From a virus (taxonomy: Duplodnaviria; Caudoviricetes), in the IMG/VR virus record IMGVR_UViG_3300037497_000044, positions 1 through 52,006 of that record: a stretch of 52,006 nucleotides of DNA, one strand, 5' to 3'. The notes beneath the pieces are model-generated. The model made no database searches. It was not told where the DNA came from and saw only the letters and a program-made list of their open reading frames with translations. Positions 37,051 through 46,759 of the stretch are shown in pieces (position 1 is the stretch's first letter; each line of letters starts with the position of its first letter). Both the position numbers and the translations under genes were made by a program.

Positions 37051-39276
37051 ATGAGCGCGTATAGTGATTTTGTTGCATCAAAAGCGTTAAAATCAGTCAG
37101 TGTTGGATTTGAACCGGATTTTATCCACAATCAAATGAAGGATTTTCAGAAGGCAACTTTAAAGTATTGTTGCCGGAAAGGAAGATCCATGGCTGCGTTA
37201 GATACAGGTCTCGGCAAGACGTTCCTGCTCTTGTCGTGGGCGCAAAACGTGTTCAACAAAACAGGTAAGCCGGTGATCTGTTTTGCTCCCCTGTGCGTCG
37301 GGCAGCAGACCGAAAAAGAAGCTGAACGGTGGGGGATCGTTGCAAAATATTATCTGGAGGATTGCGATTTTGAAACGCCTATCGTGATAGCCAATTACGA
37401 GAGGATTCACAAATTTGATTTTTCAAAATTCGCCGGAATCGTGCTGGACGAATCAGGGATCATCAAGGGGTTGGACAGCAAGATTAAAAAGCAACTGATG
37501 GATGTGGCTACTGATATCGAATATCGCCTATGCTGTTCTGCCACGCCAGCACCAAACGACTACATGGAGATTGGAGCACAAGCTGAATTCTTGGGTGTAA
37601 TGTCGATGGTTGATATGTTAGCTACATTTTTCACGCATGATTCCAGCGAAATAAGCAAATGGACGCTGAAAGGCCATGGGAAAGTGGCTTTTTGGGAATG
37701 GATGGCAACATGGGCTGTTGTGATCAAAAAGCCGTCTGATATTGGGTTTGACGATGCTGGATACGACCTGCCGCCATTGAATATGATCATCCACACGATT
37801 GAATCTGATGCCACTCCTGGCAGATTGGTAGCGGTCGAGGCAGGAGATCTGAGAGAGCGTCTGGACGCTCGCCGCCGATCTGTTGATGTCAGGTGCCAGA
37901 CAATAGCAGACATGGTCAACGCCAGCACAGAGTCATGGGTGGTGTGGTGCCATCTGAACGATGAGGGTGATTTTTTGGAAAAACTGATTCCTGGATCGGT
38001 TCAGGTTGCTGGCCGTCATTCAATCGATAAAAAAGAGCGTGATATTTTTGCTTTCACCAACGGCCATGTTAGGGTTTTGATCTCAAAAGTTTCTATCGCA
38101 GGATACGGGATGAACTGGCAGCATTGTCACAATATGGCCTTTGTGGGGATCAATGACAGCTTTGAGGAGTTTTATCAAGCTATCCGGCGAGAGTGGAGAT
38201 TTGGACAGCAGCATCCAGTCAATGTGCATGTGGCTGTTACTGAGGAGCAATTATCTGTTCTTCGTAATATCGAAAAAAAGCAGGAAAAGAACGATGTTAT
38301 GTCACAGATGATGATTGGCCACATGCGGCCAGCCATGGCCAACGAGTTCATCGGGAGCACAAAAACATCAGACATCTACCAAATTGGAGATGTTGTAGGT
38401 AGTGGGTGGACATTAATGCTCGGTGATTGTGTGGATCGGATCAAGGATATTCCAGATAATTCAGTTGGGTTTTCCGTTTTTTCTCCACCGTTTGCGAGTC
38501 TCTATACGTACTCTGCCAGCGATAGGGACATGGGTAACGTGCGGTCCCATTCTGAATTTTATGCGCACTTCCAATTCCTTATCGTTGAATTGATGCGCGT
38601 GATGGAGCCGGGGAGAAACGTGTCATTTCACTGTATGAATCTCCCAACAAGCAAGATGCGTGATGGTGTGATTGGGTTGACAGATTTCCGAGGGGAATTA
38701 ATCCGCATGTTTATATCTGCCGGATTTATCTATCATTCTGAAGTCTGTATATGGAAAGATCCTGTTATTGCTATGCAGCGCACAAAGGCATTGGGATTGC
38801 TGCACAAACAGATTAAGAAGGACTCGTTGATGTCGCGCAACGGCATCCCTGATTACGTTGTGACGATGCGCAAGCCTGGGGTAAACGCTAACCCAGTGAG
38901 CCAATCTCCAGAGGCAAGAGATGTGAACAAATGGCAGCGGTGGGCATCGCCTATCTGGACAGACATAGACCAGGGAAAAACGCTCAACCGGAAAGACATA
39001 TTAGGTATTCCTCTCAAAAAAGATGAGGATGACCAAAAGCACATATGCCCGCTTCAGCTTGATGTGATCGAGAGGCTTGTCGGGTTGTGGTCAAACAAAG
39101 GGGATCTCGTTTTGTCGCCGTTCGCTGGCATCGGATCGGAGGGATTCCAGGCAATAAAAATGGGCCGTCGGTTCATTGGTATCGAACTAAAAAAACTATA
39201 TTTTGACCAGGCAGTTAGAAACATCTCATATTCTGTAAATGGCGGCGGACAGAAATCGCTTTTTGATGTGGATTAA
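37051..39276 (+). CDS. SNF2-like helicase fused to an amino-DNA methyltransferase (N4-C/N6-A, beta class)
   Basis: DTGLGKT, VLDES, SATPAPND, GMNWQ, QAIRREWRFGQ; then GDC, FSPPF, HICPLQ, VLSPFAGIGS, FIGIEL in one ORF. Confidence 0.9.
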   Translation: MSAYSDFVASKALKSVSVGFEPDFIHNQMKDFQKATLKYCCRKGRSMAALDTGLGKTFLLLSWAQNVFNKTGKPVICFAPLCVGQQTEKEAERWGIVAKYYLEDCDFETPIVIANYERIHKFDFSKFAGIVLDESGIIKGLDSKIKKQLMDVATDIEYRLCCSATPAPNDYMEIGAQAEFLGVMSMVDMLATFFTHDSSEISKWTLKGHGKVAFWEWMATWAVVIKKPSDIGFDDAGYDLPPLNMIIHTIESDATPGRLVAVEAGDLRERLDARRRSVDVRCQTIADMVNASTESWVVWCHLNDEGDFLEKLIPGSVQVAGRHSIDKKERDIFAFTNGHVRVLISKVSIAGYGMNWQHCHNMAFVGINDSFEEFYQAIRREWRFGQQHPVNVHVAVTEEQLSVLRNIEKKQEKNDVMSQMMIGHMRPAMANEFIGSTKTSDIYQIGDVVGSGWTLMLGDCVDRIKDIPDNSVGFSVFSPPFASLYTYSASDRDMGNVRSHSEFYAHFQFLIVELMRVMEPGRNVSFHCMNLPTSKMRDGVIGLTDFRGELIRMFISAGFIYHSEVCIWKDPVIAMQRTKALGLLHKQIKKDSLMSRNGIPDYVVTMRKPGVNANPVSQSPEARDVNKWQRWASPIWTDIDQGKTLNRKDILGIPLKKDEDDQKHICPLQLDVIERLVGLWSNKGDLVLSPFAGIGSEGFQAIKMGRRFIGIELKKLYFDQAVRNISYSVNGGGQKSLFDVD

Positions 39277-39279
39277 AAA

Positions 39280-40836
39280 TTGATCACCCTACGTCCAGAC
39301 CAGCAACAGATGGTCCACGAAGTGCGCGAGCACGTCAGGAACAAGGCGACTCGCGTACTGTTGCAAGCTCCAACAGGGACTGGGAAAACCTGCATGGCTG
39401 GCTATATAGCAAGCTCAGCCACGGCGAGATGGAATGTCACGTGGATCATCGTACACCGCATCGAACTGGTAGAGCAGACCATCAAGACTTTTTCTGCCAT
39501 GGGTGTCGAGTGTGGTGTGGTGGCAGCAGGTTACACCCTGGACGTGTCGGCCAAAGTCCAGGTGGCAATGATCGGGACATTGGCCAATCGGGTGGACAAA
39601 CTTCCACCGCCAAACTTGATACTGATAGATGAGGCCCACCACGCGGTTGCAGCGACATGGAAGCGGTTGCTGGCACGGTTCCCCAGTGTGGTGCAGATAG
39701 GATTCACTGCCACGCCGGAGAGACTGGACGGGAGAGGCTTATCAGAGCAGTTTGACGAATTGGTGATCGGCCCAACTCCACGATGGCTGATAGACAATCA
39801 CCACCTTTCGCCATATCAGGCATTCTCCCCGGCCAGTGGAGTTGGCGAGGATGATCTGACTGTTCGGGCTGGAGAGTTTGCAACCGAATCGGTAGTGGCC
39901 GCAATGGACAAGCCAACGGTGACGGGAAGCGCAATTGACGAATATCAAAAGCATTTGGCTGGAAAACGGGCGATTGTGTTTTGTGCGTCCAGGAAACACG
40001 CATCCAACGTCTGTACGGCGTTCAACGCCGCCGGAATTGTTGCTGAGTATGTGGATGGCGCCACGCCAAAATCAGAGCGTAGGGATGCAATGGTGCGGTT
40101 TTCCGCCGGGGAAACGCTGGTACTGGTGAACGTGGATCTGTTCGCCGAGGGCGTTGATGTGCCGGATGCCGTTGGGGTGATTCTGCTGGCCCACACGATG
40201 TCTCTTGGAAAATACCTCCAGCGCGTCGGTAGAGCGTTGCGTTTCGTTGCCGGGAAGGTGGCTATAATAATCGATCACGTTGGATCAATCCGGCGGTTCG
40301 GGTTGCCTTGCGCGCATAGGGAATGGAGCCTGGAGGGGAGAAAACGCGGCAAAAGTACGCCGAAAGAGATTCAGGACATGCAATGCCAGGAGTGTGATGG
40401 ATGGTTTCCACCGGCCCGTGTCTGCCCTGGGTGCGGGCATGTGGTGCCGGTCAAGGAGAGGCTCAGGTTTTTGAAGCACGTTCCGGGGGAGTTGGTGGAG
40501 GTATTTATCCAGGAGATGCGGAAAGATGGCATGGTGGAAGAGCATGAGTTGATCCGGCAAGCCACCATGACGGAGACTGAAAAGCAGGATGCCATCGAAG
40601 CGTTGGCAAACAAGAAACTTGAGTTGCTGGCAGTAAACAAGCAGACAGCTTTAGCGATGATCCCAAGCGCACGAAGTTTGCTTGATTTTCAGGTGATTGC
40701 CAAATTGGCTGGATACAAATCAGGGTGGGCGTGGAGAAGGTTTCAGGATTGGAAAAGCGGTAGGACAGCACGGGAGGAAGCACTTGAAAAGACAAGAGCA
40801 AAACTTGGAGGGTATGAATATGTCAGACAAATTTGA
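39280..40836 (+). CDS. SF2 DEAH helicase (RadD/YejH-like) with Zn ribbon
   Basis: PTGTGKT, DEAHH, TATPERLDG, EGVDVP, QRVGRALR, IIDHVG, CQEC...CPGCG. Confidence 0.9.
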   Translation: MITLRPDQQQMVHEVREHVRNKATRVLLQAPTGTGKTCMAGYIASSATARWNVTWIIVHRIELVEQTIKTFSAMGVECGVVAAGYTLDVSAKVQVAMIGTLANRVDKLPPPNLILIDEAHHAVAATWKRLLARFPSVVQIGFTATPERLDGRGLSEQFDELVIGPTPRWLIDNHHLSPYQAFSPASGVGEDDLTVRAGEFATESVVAAMDKPTVTGSAIDEYQKHLAGKRAIVFCASRKHASNVCTAFNAAGIVAEYVDGATPKSERRDAMVRFSAGETLVLVNVDLFAEGVDVPDAVGVILLAHTMSLGKYLQRVGRALRFVAGKVAIIIDHVGSIRRFGLPCAHREWSLEGRKRGKSTPKEIQDMQCQECDGWFPPARVCPGCGHVVPVKERLRFLKHVPGELVEVFIQEMRKDGMVEEHELIRQATMTETEKQDAIEALANKKLELLAVNKQTALAMIPSARSLLDFQVIAKLAGYKSGWAWRRFQDWKSGRTAREEALEKTRAKLGGYEYVRQI

Positions 40837-41254
40837 AACCAATGTACGAAAAGAGATCCTTCGAGCATCAAACGACGTTCCAGGTCTGTTTCTGTGGACA
40901 AACCAAGTTGGTGCAGGGGTGCTAACCAGGAGGGGTAGCGCACAAGGACAGTACATCACGTATGGCCTAAAAGTTGGAAGCGCGGATCTGATAGGGCAGA
41001 TGGAAATGAATCTGTATGGGTCAAATTTCGGCGTGTTTGTGTCGATTGAGACTAAACGGGCATCCGGTGGCGTGACCGCCGAAGCGCAGGAGAAGTGGCG
41101 GAAGAAGGTAATCGAGCGCGGTGGAATCGCCATCATCACGTCAAGCGTTGAGGAGTTTTTGAGTATTTTTAACGGCCAGGTCCATCCATATCTGTTTGTA
41201 CGTGGATTGACAGAGTGGCCGATTGTCCAAGCTGGTGAATGGCGGCGTAGGTGA
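40820..41254 (+). CDS. VRR-NUC-like nuclease
   Basis: E...RKEI, LW.NQVG, YGL..GSADLIG, FVSIETK, Q.KW....GG.A motifs. Confidence 0.8.
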   Translation: MSDKFETNVRKEILRASNDVPGLFLWTNQVGAGVLTRRGSAQGQYITYGLKVGSADLIGQMEMNLYGSNFGVFVSIETKRASGGVTAEAQEKWRKKVIERGGIAIITSSVEEFLSIFNGQVHPYLFVRGLTEWPIVQAGEWRRR

Positions 41255-41449
41255 CTTTGTGGTGACGGCTTTTTTATTCGTTTCGAGCCAACCAACCTAC
41301 CTACGTTCGATAAGTAATATCCAGCAGTGGCCGGTCGTAGCGGGCGCAACTCCTTATGCGTTTACGCCGTGACATGAAGCCACGCGAATACACGCTTTGT
41401 GTCGGTCCGGTGGGATGCCGGTTAATTTTAATTTCAACAGGAGAGAAAA

Positions 41450-41932
41450 ATGAAAACGTACAAATCACATAAAATTGTAAAGGCAGCATTGTTGCACAGC
41501 ATTACCTTCGATGACGTGAAACGGGCCACAGCATTCTACGATGGAGCCGAACATGAGCTTCTTTCGCAAGGATTGATTCATCGTCTACCGGCGGACCAAT
41601 ACGTGCCGAACAGCTTCTATATCGTTTTTTACCCAGACGGCTATATCTCATTCTGCCCCAGGGCAGAGTTTGAGGATGGTTATACAGAGAGTTTCGTGGC
41701 TGCGCATCCAGACGACGAAGCAATCGACAATTTTGCCGATGCCATGAAAGCCAGGATGGCTGAGCAACGGTTGAAACAAAACCAGCATTTTCATTGGAGT
41801 GCTACCACATGCTATATGGGGACTGAGTTACGTCAAGCACTTATTCGGAATGTTGAAGATGGAAATATGGTTGACGTTGCCAACCTTGCCATGATGATGC
41901 ATCACTGCCGTTGTGACACACGGAAGCAGTAA
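41450..41932 (+). CDS. Two-domain phage protein (Y.DGY.SF.P...FE domain plus helical HPDD...VDVAN domain)
   Basis: 160 aa, AGGAG SD; MKTYKSHKIVKA...YIVFYPDGYISFCPRAEFEDGY then HPDDEAIDNFADAMKARM...G..VDVANLAMM. Confidence 0.7.
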   Translation: MKTYKSHKIVKAALLHSITFDDVKRATAFYDGAEHELLSQGLIHRLPADQYVPNSFYIVFYPDGYISFCPRAEFEDGYTESFVAAHPDDEAIDNFADAMKARMAEQRLKQNQHFHWSATTCYMGTELRQALIRNVEDGNMVDVANLAMMMHHCRCDTRKQ

Positions 41933-42055
41933 ATCCCACAGATGCAATCCGTGCGCCGTGAAGCATAGTATGTGCAAAGAGTGTGGCGGAGATCTTGAAA
42001 TGCGCAACCGTCGCCGGAATTGGCCTGAAATTGTAGTGCGGCAAGGAGTATCGAA

Positions 42056-42367
42056 ATGAACATTTCAGATGAGGACCGCAAAACATACCAGAAGTGGGTG
42101 CAGCGCAACGGCTCACAACGGGTATTTATGGAGCTTTTGCAAAGGATGGCAAGGCTCCAGATAGAGATTGTTTCCTTGATGAAAAACGCATACAGCGATG
42201 ACAAGGATGACCATTTTGACCTTTCAGAAAGGATGGGTGAGGTAGAAATCGCCATGGAAATGATGCAGACACTTATGGATGTTGACGGATGGGCTGATTA
42301 TATGGCCCGGCGGAAAGCGGATAAGCAGTCGGATTTTCGGAGACATGAGGAGTCGTTCAATGAATAA
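42056..42367 (+). CDS. Degenerate MazG-like helical protein
   Basis: 103 aa, AAGGAG SD; QRMARLQIEI...LSERMGEVEIAMEMM matches the MazG spacing, but the acidic residues are replaced. Confidence 0.5.
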   Translation: MNISDEDRKTYQKWVQRNGSQRVFMELLQRMARLQIEIVSLMKNAYSDDKDDHFDLSERMGEVEIAMEMMQTLMDVDGWADYMARRKADKQSDFRRHEESFNE

Positions 42368-42779
42368 CCAAGCAGAAAAACATCTATGCCGTGATTGCGA
42401 ACACGTCCGCGTCGTGTCGCTCGTTTGTCAACAATGCGGTCACGCCACAAAGAAGGTGGAACACCTTTGCTATGCGCCGGAGATCGGCATTAGCTTCGTG
42501 ACTGGCGAGCAACTGAGTTTGCTGTGCACGTTGCACAGAGAACCGTCATCGCCAACTTGCGAATCGTTCGCCGCAAAAGCCAAGCCTGATTTTTTTGCAG
42601 ATAGATCGCTCAGTGTCAGGACCATGAACGTATTAAAAAATGAGGAAATTGATACGCTTGACAAGCTGTGCGCTTTGTCTGCTGGAGAACTGTTGCGCCT
42701 TCCAAATTTTGGAAGAAGAAGTTTGAAAGAAATTGAAGATGCACTGGTAGAGCGTGGGTTGAGGTTGCGTGACGAATAG
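42360..42779 (+). CDS. Cys-rich module fused to an RNA polymerase alpha C-terminal domain
   Basis: Start ATG 42360 with GAGGAG SD; LSVRTMNVLKNEEIDTLDKL....GELLRLPNFGRRSLKEIEDAL..RGL.L is the alpha-CTD signature. Confidence 0.85.
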   Translation: MNNQAEKHLCRDCEHVRVVSLVCQQCGHATKKVEHLCYAPEIGISFVTGEQLSLLCTLHREPSSPTCESFAAKAKPDFFADRSLSVRTMNVLKNEEIDTLDKLCALSAGELLRLPNFGRRSLKEIEDALVERGLRLRDE

Positions 42780-42823
42780 TGGGTTTTATATAACAACAGT
42801 GACAGGAATGTATGGGATGAAAG

Positions 42824-43180
42824 ATGGAAAATTTTAATGGCATGATAAGTAAAGTTCTTGATCGAGGGGATGCCCGTGACCCAAACAGACCTTATAACGG
42901 CCAGTCATGGACCGATGACGGCGAGAGAGGGAAGCACTTCGTCGGCGGTCTGACCATGCGGGACGTGAAAGATTGCCTGCTCATTGCAGCAGAGGAACTG
43001 ACTGGCGAAAAAGACCCATCACTGGAGGGTATGGACCTCATTGTGCTGGCATCTGCAATGACGTGTGAAATTGAGAAAAGGATGGGGATTTTCCCGAACA
43101 TCAAAACGGGGAGCGACTTAGAAAGTGTGCTTCTTGAGGTGCCGATGGTTGATTTACCTGTCCACAACCAGGTCCATTGA
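42824..43180 (+). CDS. Hypothetical protein
   Basis: 118 aa; RPYNGQ.WTD.GERGK..V.GLT.RD..DC...EIEKRMGIFPN. Confidence 0.6.
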   Translation: MENFNGMISKVLDRGDARDPNRPYNGQSWTDDGERGKHFVGGLTMRDVKDCLLIAAEELTGEKDPSLEGMDLIVLASAMTCEIEKRMGIFPNIKTGSDLESVLLEVPMVDLPVHNQVH

Positions 43181-43213
43181 AGGCAACAAAATCTATCGAG
43201 TGAGGCTGGACAA

Positions 43214-43609
43214 ATGACAATCCCAGAAACAATCACGCAGCAGTTTGCCAGAATAATAAAAGCTCAATCTCTTTCTGGTCGTTCATACCCAAAAAAACAC
43301 GTGTTAATTGAAATGTGCGGACTGTTTTCACTATACTATCCAGAAAATTTGACTATTCCTAGAATAGACACCGTTTTAGATGGTGGACTTAGTTTTATTT
43401 GGGAAATAGGAGAGCGTGTCACAGAGTTTAGAGTATATATTACCCGTGAGCCTGGGGTGTTTGTTGGGATGTTTCTTGGAGAACTATATCCTATCCCTAA
43501 AATCTATCCTACACAACGCCATCTTTGGATGGACGACCCAGATACATGGTTGTTCATCGCCAGAAGAATCAGGATGTTAGAGGATGAGAACACATTAGTT
43601 ACCGGCTAA
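43214..43609 (+). CDS. Hypothetical protein (AT-rich)
   Basis: 131 aa, last gene of the rightward operon. Confidence 0.55.
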   Translation: MTIPETITQQFARIIKAQSLSGRSYPKKHVLIEMCGLFSLYYPENLTIPRIDTVLDGGLSFIWEIGERVTEFRVYITREPGVFVGMFLGELYPIPKIYPTQRHLWMDDPDTWLFIARRIRMLEDENTLVTG

Positions 43610-43726
43610 ATTCGCACAACCCGTTCCTTTCCATACCCAGTCGCCCCTGGCTGACGCGGAAGTTTTTTCTTAACAGGAACTTCGTCCATGCCACGCTCGT
43701 CGGTAGCTGGTTCTGTTTGGCGGTGA

Positions 43727-44263
43727 CTACCCTCTTGTCACCGCAGTATTAGTTGGGTCAGCCAACGCCTTGCTGTGCCCGTGAGAAGCCAATCCAAGCA
43801 CAGCGGACAGGAACATCCATGCTTCCATCGGCACGATAACTGACTGTTTCCCAAACAGGGGGAGTAAAAAATAGTTCCCCAATATCATCACTCCAGAGAT
43901 AAATCCTAGGAATGGCCTCCATGTGTAGGTCGGCCAGTTCGCAGCCGACGCTTCTGCCTGCATCGTTGTATTGACCGACTGAACCTGCAACGTCTCCTCC
44001 TTGCGCATGGCTATGTCATGCTCGGTATTGATGCGCAAAATGGTTTCTTCGTGTGTCAATTCAAATTTGCGCGCTTCGGCCAGTCCCTCCGGCGTGCCCA
44101 ACGCAAGCAGCACATCTTGAGTCGATGCGTTACTATTGCCAGTCAGCTTACCTGCCAACAGCTTTCCGAGTGCGGCACCGCCGGGGATCGGTAGTGCCGC
44201 ACCAAGGATCGGTAGACCTATCTCTGCCAGTGCATTGCCGATTGATTTTAAATTAAAATCCAT
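43727..44263 (-). CDS. Holin (3TM GTA-type family)
   Basis: Start ATG 44263; P.LG.AL..PGGA, TMQAEA..., WRPFLG, two TM segments, VLG; adjacent to lysozyme. Confidence 0.75.
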   Translation of the reverse strand: MDFNLKSIGNALAEIGLPILGAALPIPGGAALGKLLAGKLTGNSNASTQDVLLALGTPEGLAEARKFELTHEETILRINTEHDIAMRKEETLQVQSVNTTMQAEASAANWPTYTWRPFLGFISGVMILGNYFLLPLFGKQSVIVPMEAWMFLSAVLGLASHGHSKALADPTNTAVTRG

Positions 44264-44276
44264 CTTAAATCCCTGC

Positions 44277-44747
44277 CTATTCGTCATCCGGGGTGTCAAA
44301 CAAAGCCTTCTCTGCCGCCCGCCGTCTCTTCAGACCGCCAAGCACAATCAGTTTCCCGTTCACTGTGGCTTTATCCCACACAAGGAATTGCTTACCTGCA
44401 TCTTGATATTCAGCATCGTTCAACCTTTTCAACAGTGTGCTCTTGCGAAGATTCCCAAGGCCCAAATTGAAAGCGAAGGACACCAATGCCCCGCGTTGGT
44501 TTTCACTTAGCGGCACATAGACAAGACTATCGACTCCTAGAGTAAACTTATCCAGATCGGCCGCCAATAAGTGTTCGGCATCGGTTTCGGTGATGGTCTT
44601 TTTTCCAACATCGGCCATGGTCACATCAGTCCCGGTATGGCCATAGCCAATGGTCGGCACTCCAGCCGGGCAGAGATACGCTTTCAATCGGAGCGATTCT
44701 GCTTTTTTTATCAGGTCAACTGCTGCTTTACAAATCTGTCTGGACAT
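44277..44747 (-). CDS. Endolysin, GH24 (T4/P21-type) lysozyme
   Basis: ESLRLKAYLCPAGVPTIGYGHT, ALVSFAFNLG, STLLKRLN, GL.RRR.AE..LF. Confidence 0.95.
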   Translation of the reverse strand: MSRQICKAAVDLIKKAESLRLKAYLCPAGVPTIGYGHTGTDVTMADVGKKTITETDAEHLLAADLDKFTLGVDSLVYVPLSENQRGALVSFAFNLGLGNLRKSTLLKRLNDAEYQDAGKQFLVWDKATVNGKLIVLGGLKRRRAAEKALFDTPDDE

Positions 44748-45064
44748 TATTTTCCTCCTGAAAAATATAAATTGCTTGCTACCCAGCTGATGCCCGCAGC
44801 AAATAAAAACAAAACACCACGCCCAATCATCAAGGTGACTTTGCGCTCCCCCTTACGTTCTGCTTCTGTAAGTGTGAGGTTTTTTAATGTTTCCTTTATT
44901 TCCCTCACGTCGTCGCATACCGTAAAACACAACTCCAATTTACGCAACCGATCGTAGACTTCTCTGTACAAATCGGAATTTACGGCTTTATCGGCTTGCA
45001 TGACTTTCATGGCGTTGCAGACACGATCATCCCCACAGACTGCCTTGTTTATATCAACCATCAA
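44747..45064 (-). CDS. Coiled-coil plus single-TM protein in the lysis cassette
   Basis: 105 aa with a C-terminal hydrophobic helix; abuts lysozyme. Confidence 0.6.
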   Translation of the reverse strand: MMVDINKAVCGDDRVCNAMKVMQADKAVNSDLYREVYDRLRKLELCFTVCDDVREIKETLKNLTLTEAERKGERKVTLMIGRGVLFLFAAGISWVASNLYFSGGK

Positions 45065-45082
45065 AGTTATCCTTATACCGTA

Positions 45083-46759
45083 TTAGCCAACTTTCCAGAT
45101 TTTAACATCAGCGTACTTGTTTATCAACGAATAATTGGTTGAGCTTAACGCTTTGCCTCCACCTACAGTCCCATCACCATTTCCGCACCAGTGAGTTAAA
45201 ACGAATCTCCTGCTGTCTGATGTACCTATCGTTATGGTGAAATAGCCAGACACGCTCAAAGCAGAAGAACCGTCGTATCCACTCGATGCTTGCCCACTAC
45301 TGCTATAGCATCTGTCTGTTTCTGAACCGTTTTGCTGAATTATGGCAATAAGAATATTGCTATCTCCCTTATAGTTGACTGATGATGCTTCAAACTGGTA
45401 AACCCCGTCTGGAAAGCCTCTAATTTCGCTGGAGTCGCCAGAATAAACAAGTCCGATATTATTAACCTTCGGTGCATCAAAAGCCCTATAATAATAAGTG
45501 TCATTCACTGTTGCGCCACCAGACACACCTTCGGATTCTGTGGCTTCCGCCCAAAAAAAACGGGTGTACAACGCTGGTCCAATGCCGGCCATCATCGTCG
45601 TTGTCATACCGGCGATCTGTGTTGACGGCAGTGCGGCTATGTAGGTTGTGGTTTCCGTGAGAGCGGATACCTGTGTTGTTGTCAGCAACTGCCCGGATGC
45701 TAATTGCGCAATCTGCGTCGTCGTGAGCTGGCCAACCGCCGCCATCTGGCTTGACGACAGTTGCGCTATCTGTGTTGTGCTTAACTGTCCGACAGCGGCC
45801 ATCTGGTCAGACGATAGTTGTGCAATCTGTGTCGTCGTTAGCTGCCCTATGGCGGCCACTTGGGAGGATGATAATTGCGCTATTTGCGTCGTGGTAAGTT
45901 GCCCTATAGCCGACACCTGGGCAGACGACAACTGAGAAATTTGCGTCGTAGTCAAAGACCCTATGGCCGACATCTGGCTTGATGATAGCTGCGCAATCTG
46001 TGTCGTCGTGAGCTGGCCAACAGCAGACAGTTGGTCTGATGATAGCTGTGCAATCTGTGTCGTCGTCATCGTGTTTAGGACGGCAACCTGGGCAGAATCC
46101 AAGCTGGCTATCTGCGTGGTGGTCAGATATTGGGTTTGAGTTGTTGCCAGAAGAGAGATCTGCCCGGTTGTCAGATGGCGATATGTGCCCGTGTTCAGCC
46201 CGCCCAACGAGTCGTGGTTGATCTGTGCAGCCAACTGCAAGGCACTGTTGATCGTTGAAATCTGTGCAGGTGTCAAAAGTTGGATTGTCGCTGTTGGGAG
46301 CAATCCGTATTGTGTGGAATTCAGGTGCATGTATGGCCCGGCGTTCAGTCCCAACAGGTCATCATGGGTATAGTTCGCCCCCACTTGGAGATAAGCAGGG
46401 CCGAACGCGATGGATGTTGTCCCGACAATAATCTCTCCTGTGGTCGTGACCTGGAAGATGTTTTTTGCATAGAGCGTTCCACCGGTCACGCCAACGATTG
46501 TGCCTGTGACTACATCCCAAAAGCCATCAAAATCATAATCCCGTTGCCATGCCGTTGCGCTCGCACGGTAAACACCGTTTTCAACTCCGTTCGTCTGTGC
46601 AGGGACGAGGACACGCATATCAGTTGTCGTCTGCACCCCGTCAATGATCTGCAACCCACGGAGCATTATGTTCCCTGCGGCAGACGCACACGCACACGGC
46701 ACCTTGATTGCCTGGGAACCGTTTAGCCCTTTTAATCTGTCCCCGCTAACTGTGGTCAC
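45083..46759 (-). CDS. Tail fibre protein with 19-aa LTTTQIAQLSS repeats
   Basis: 558 aa; N-terminal K.PC..AS..NI.L.GLQ.IDG...RVLV..QT...ENGVY...W.R..D anchor; two HD.L.GL...Y.HL motifs; central repeats; C-terminal beta domain ending YADVKIWKVG. Confidence 0.85.
   Translation of the reverse strand: MTTVSGDRLKGLNGSQAIKVPCACASAAGNIMLRGLQIIDGVQTTTDMRVLVPAQTNGVENGVYRASATAWQRDYDFDGFWDVVTGTIVGVTGGTLYAKNIFQVTTTGEIIVGTTSIAFGPAYLQVGANYTHDDLLGLNAGPYMHLNSTQYGLLPTATIQLLTPAQISTINSALQLAAQINHDSLGGLNTGTYRHLTTGQISLLATTQTQYLTTTQIASLDSAQVAVLNTMTTTQIAQLSSDQLSAVGQLTTTQIAQLSSSQMSAIGSLTTTQISQLSSAQVSAIGQLTTTQIAQLSSSQVAAIGQLTTTQIAQLSSDQMAAVGQLSTTQIAQLSSSQMAAVGQLTTTQIAQLASGQLLTTTQVSALTETTTYIAALPSTQIAGMTTTMMAGIGPALYTRFFWAEATESEGVSGGATVNDTYYYRAFDAPKVNNIGLVYSGDSSEIRGFPDGVYQFEASSVNYKGDSNILIAIIQQNGSETDRCYSSSGQASSGYDGSSALSVSGYFTITIGTSDSRRFVLTHWCGNGDGTVGGGKALSSTNYSLINKYADVKIWKVG
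45690..46070 (-). repeat. 57-bp-period coding repeat, about 6-7 units
   Basis: LTTTQIAQLSSxQxxAxGQ repeated; codons are diverged between units. Confidence 0.85.
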
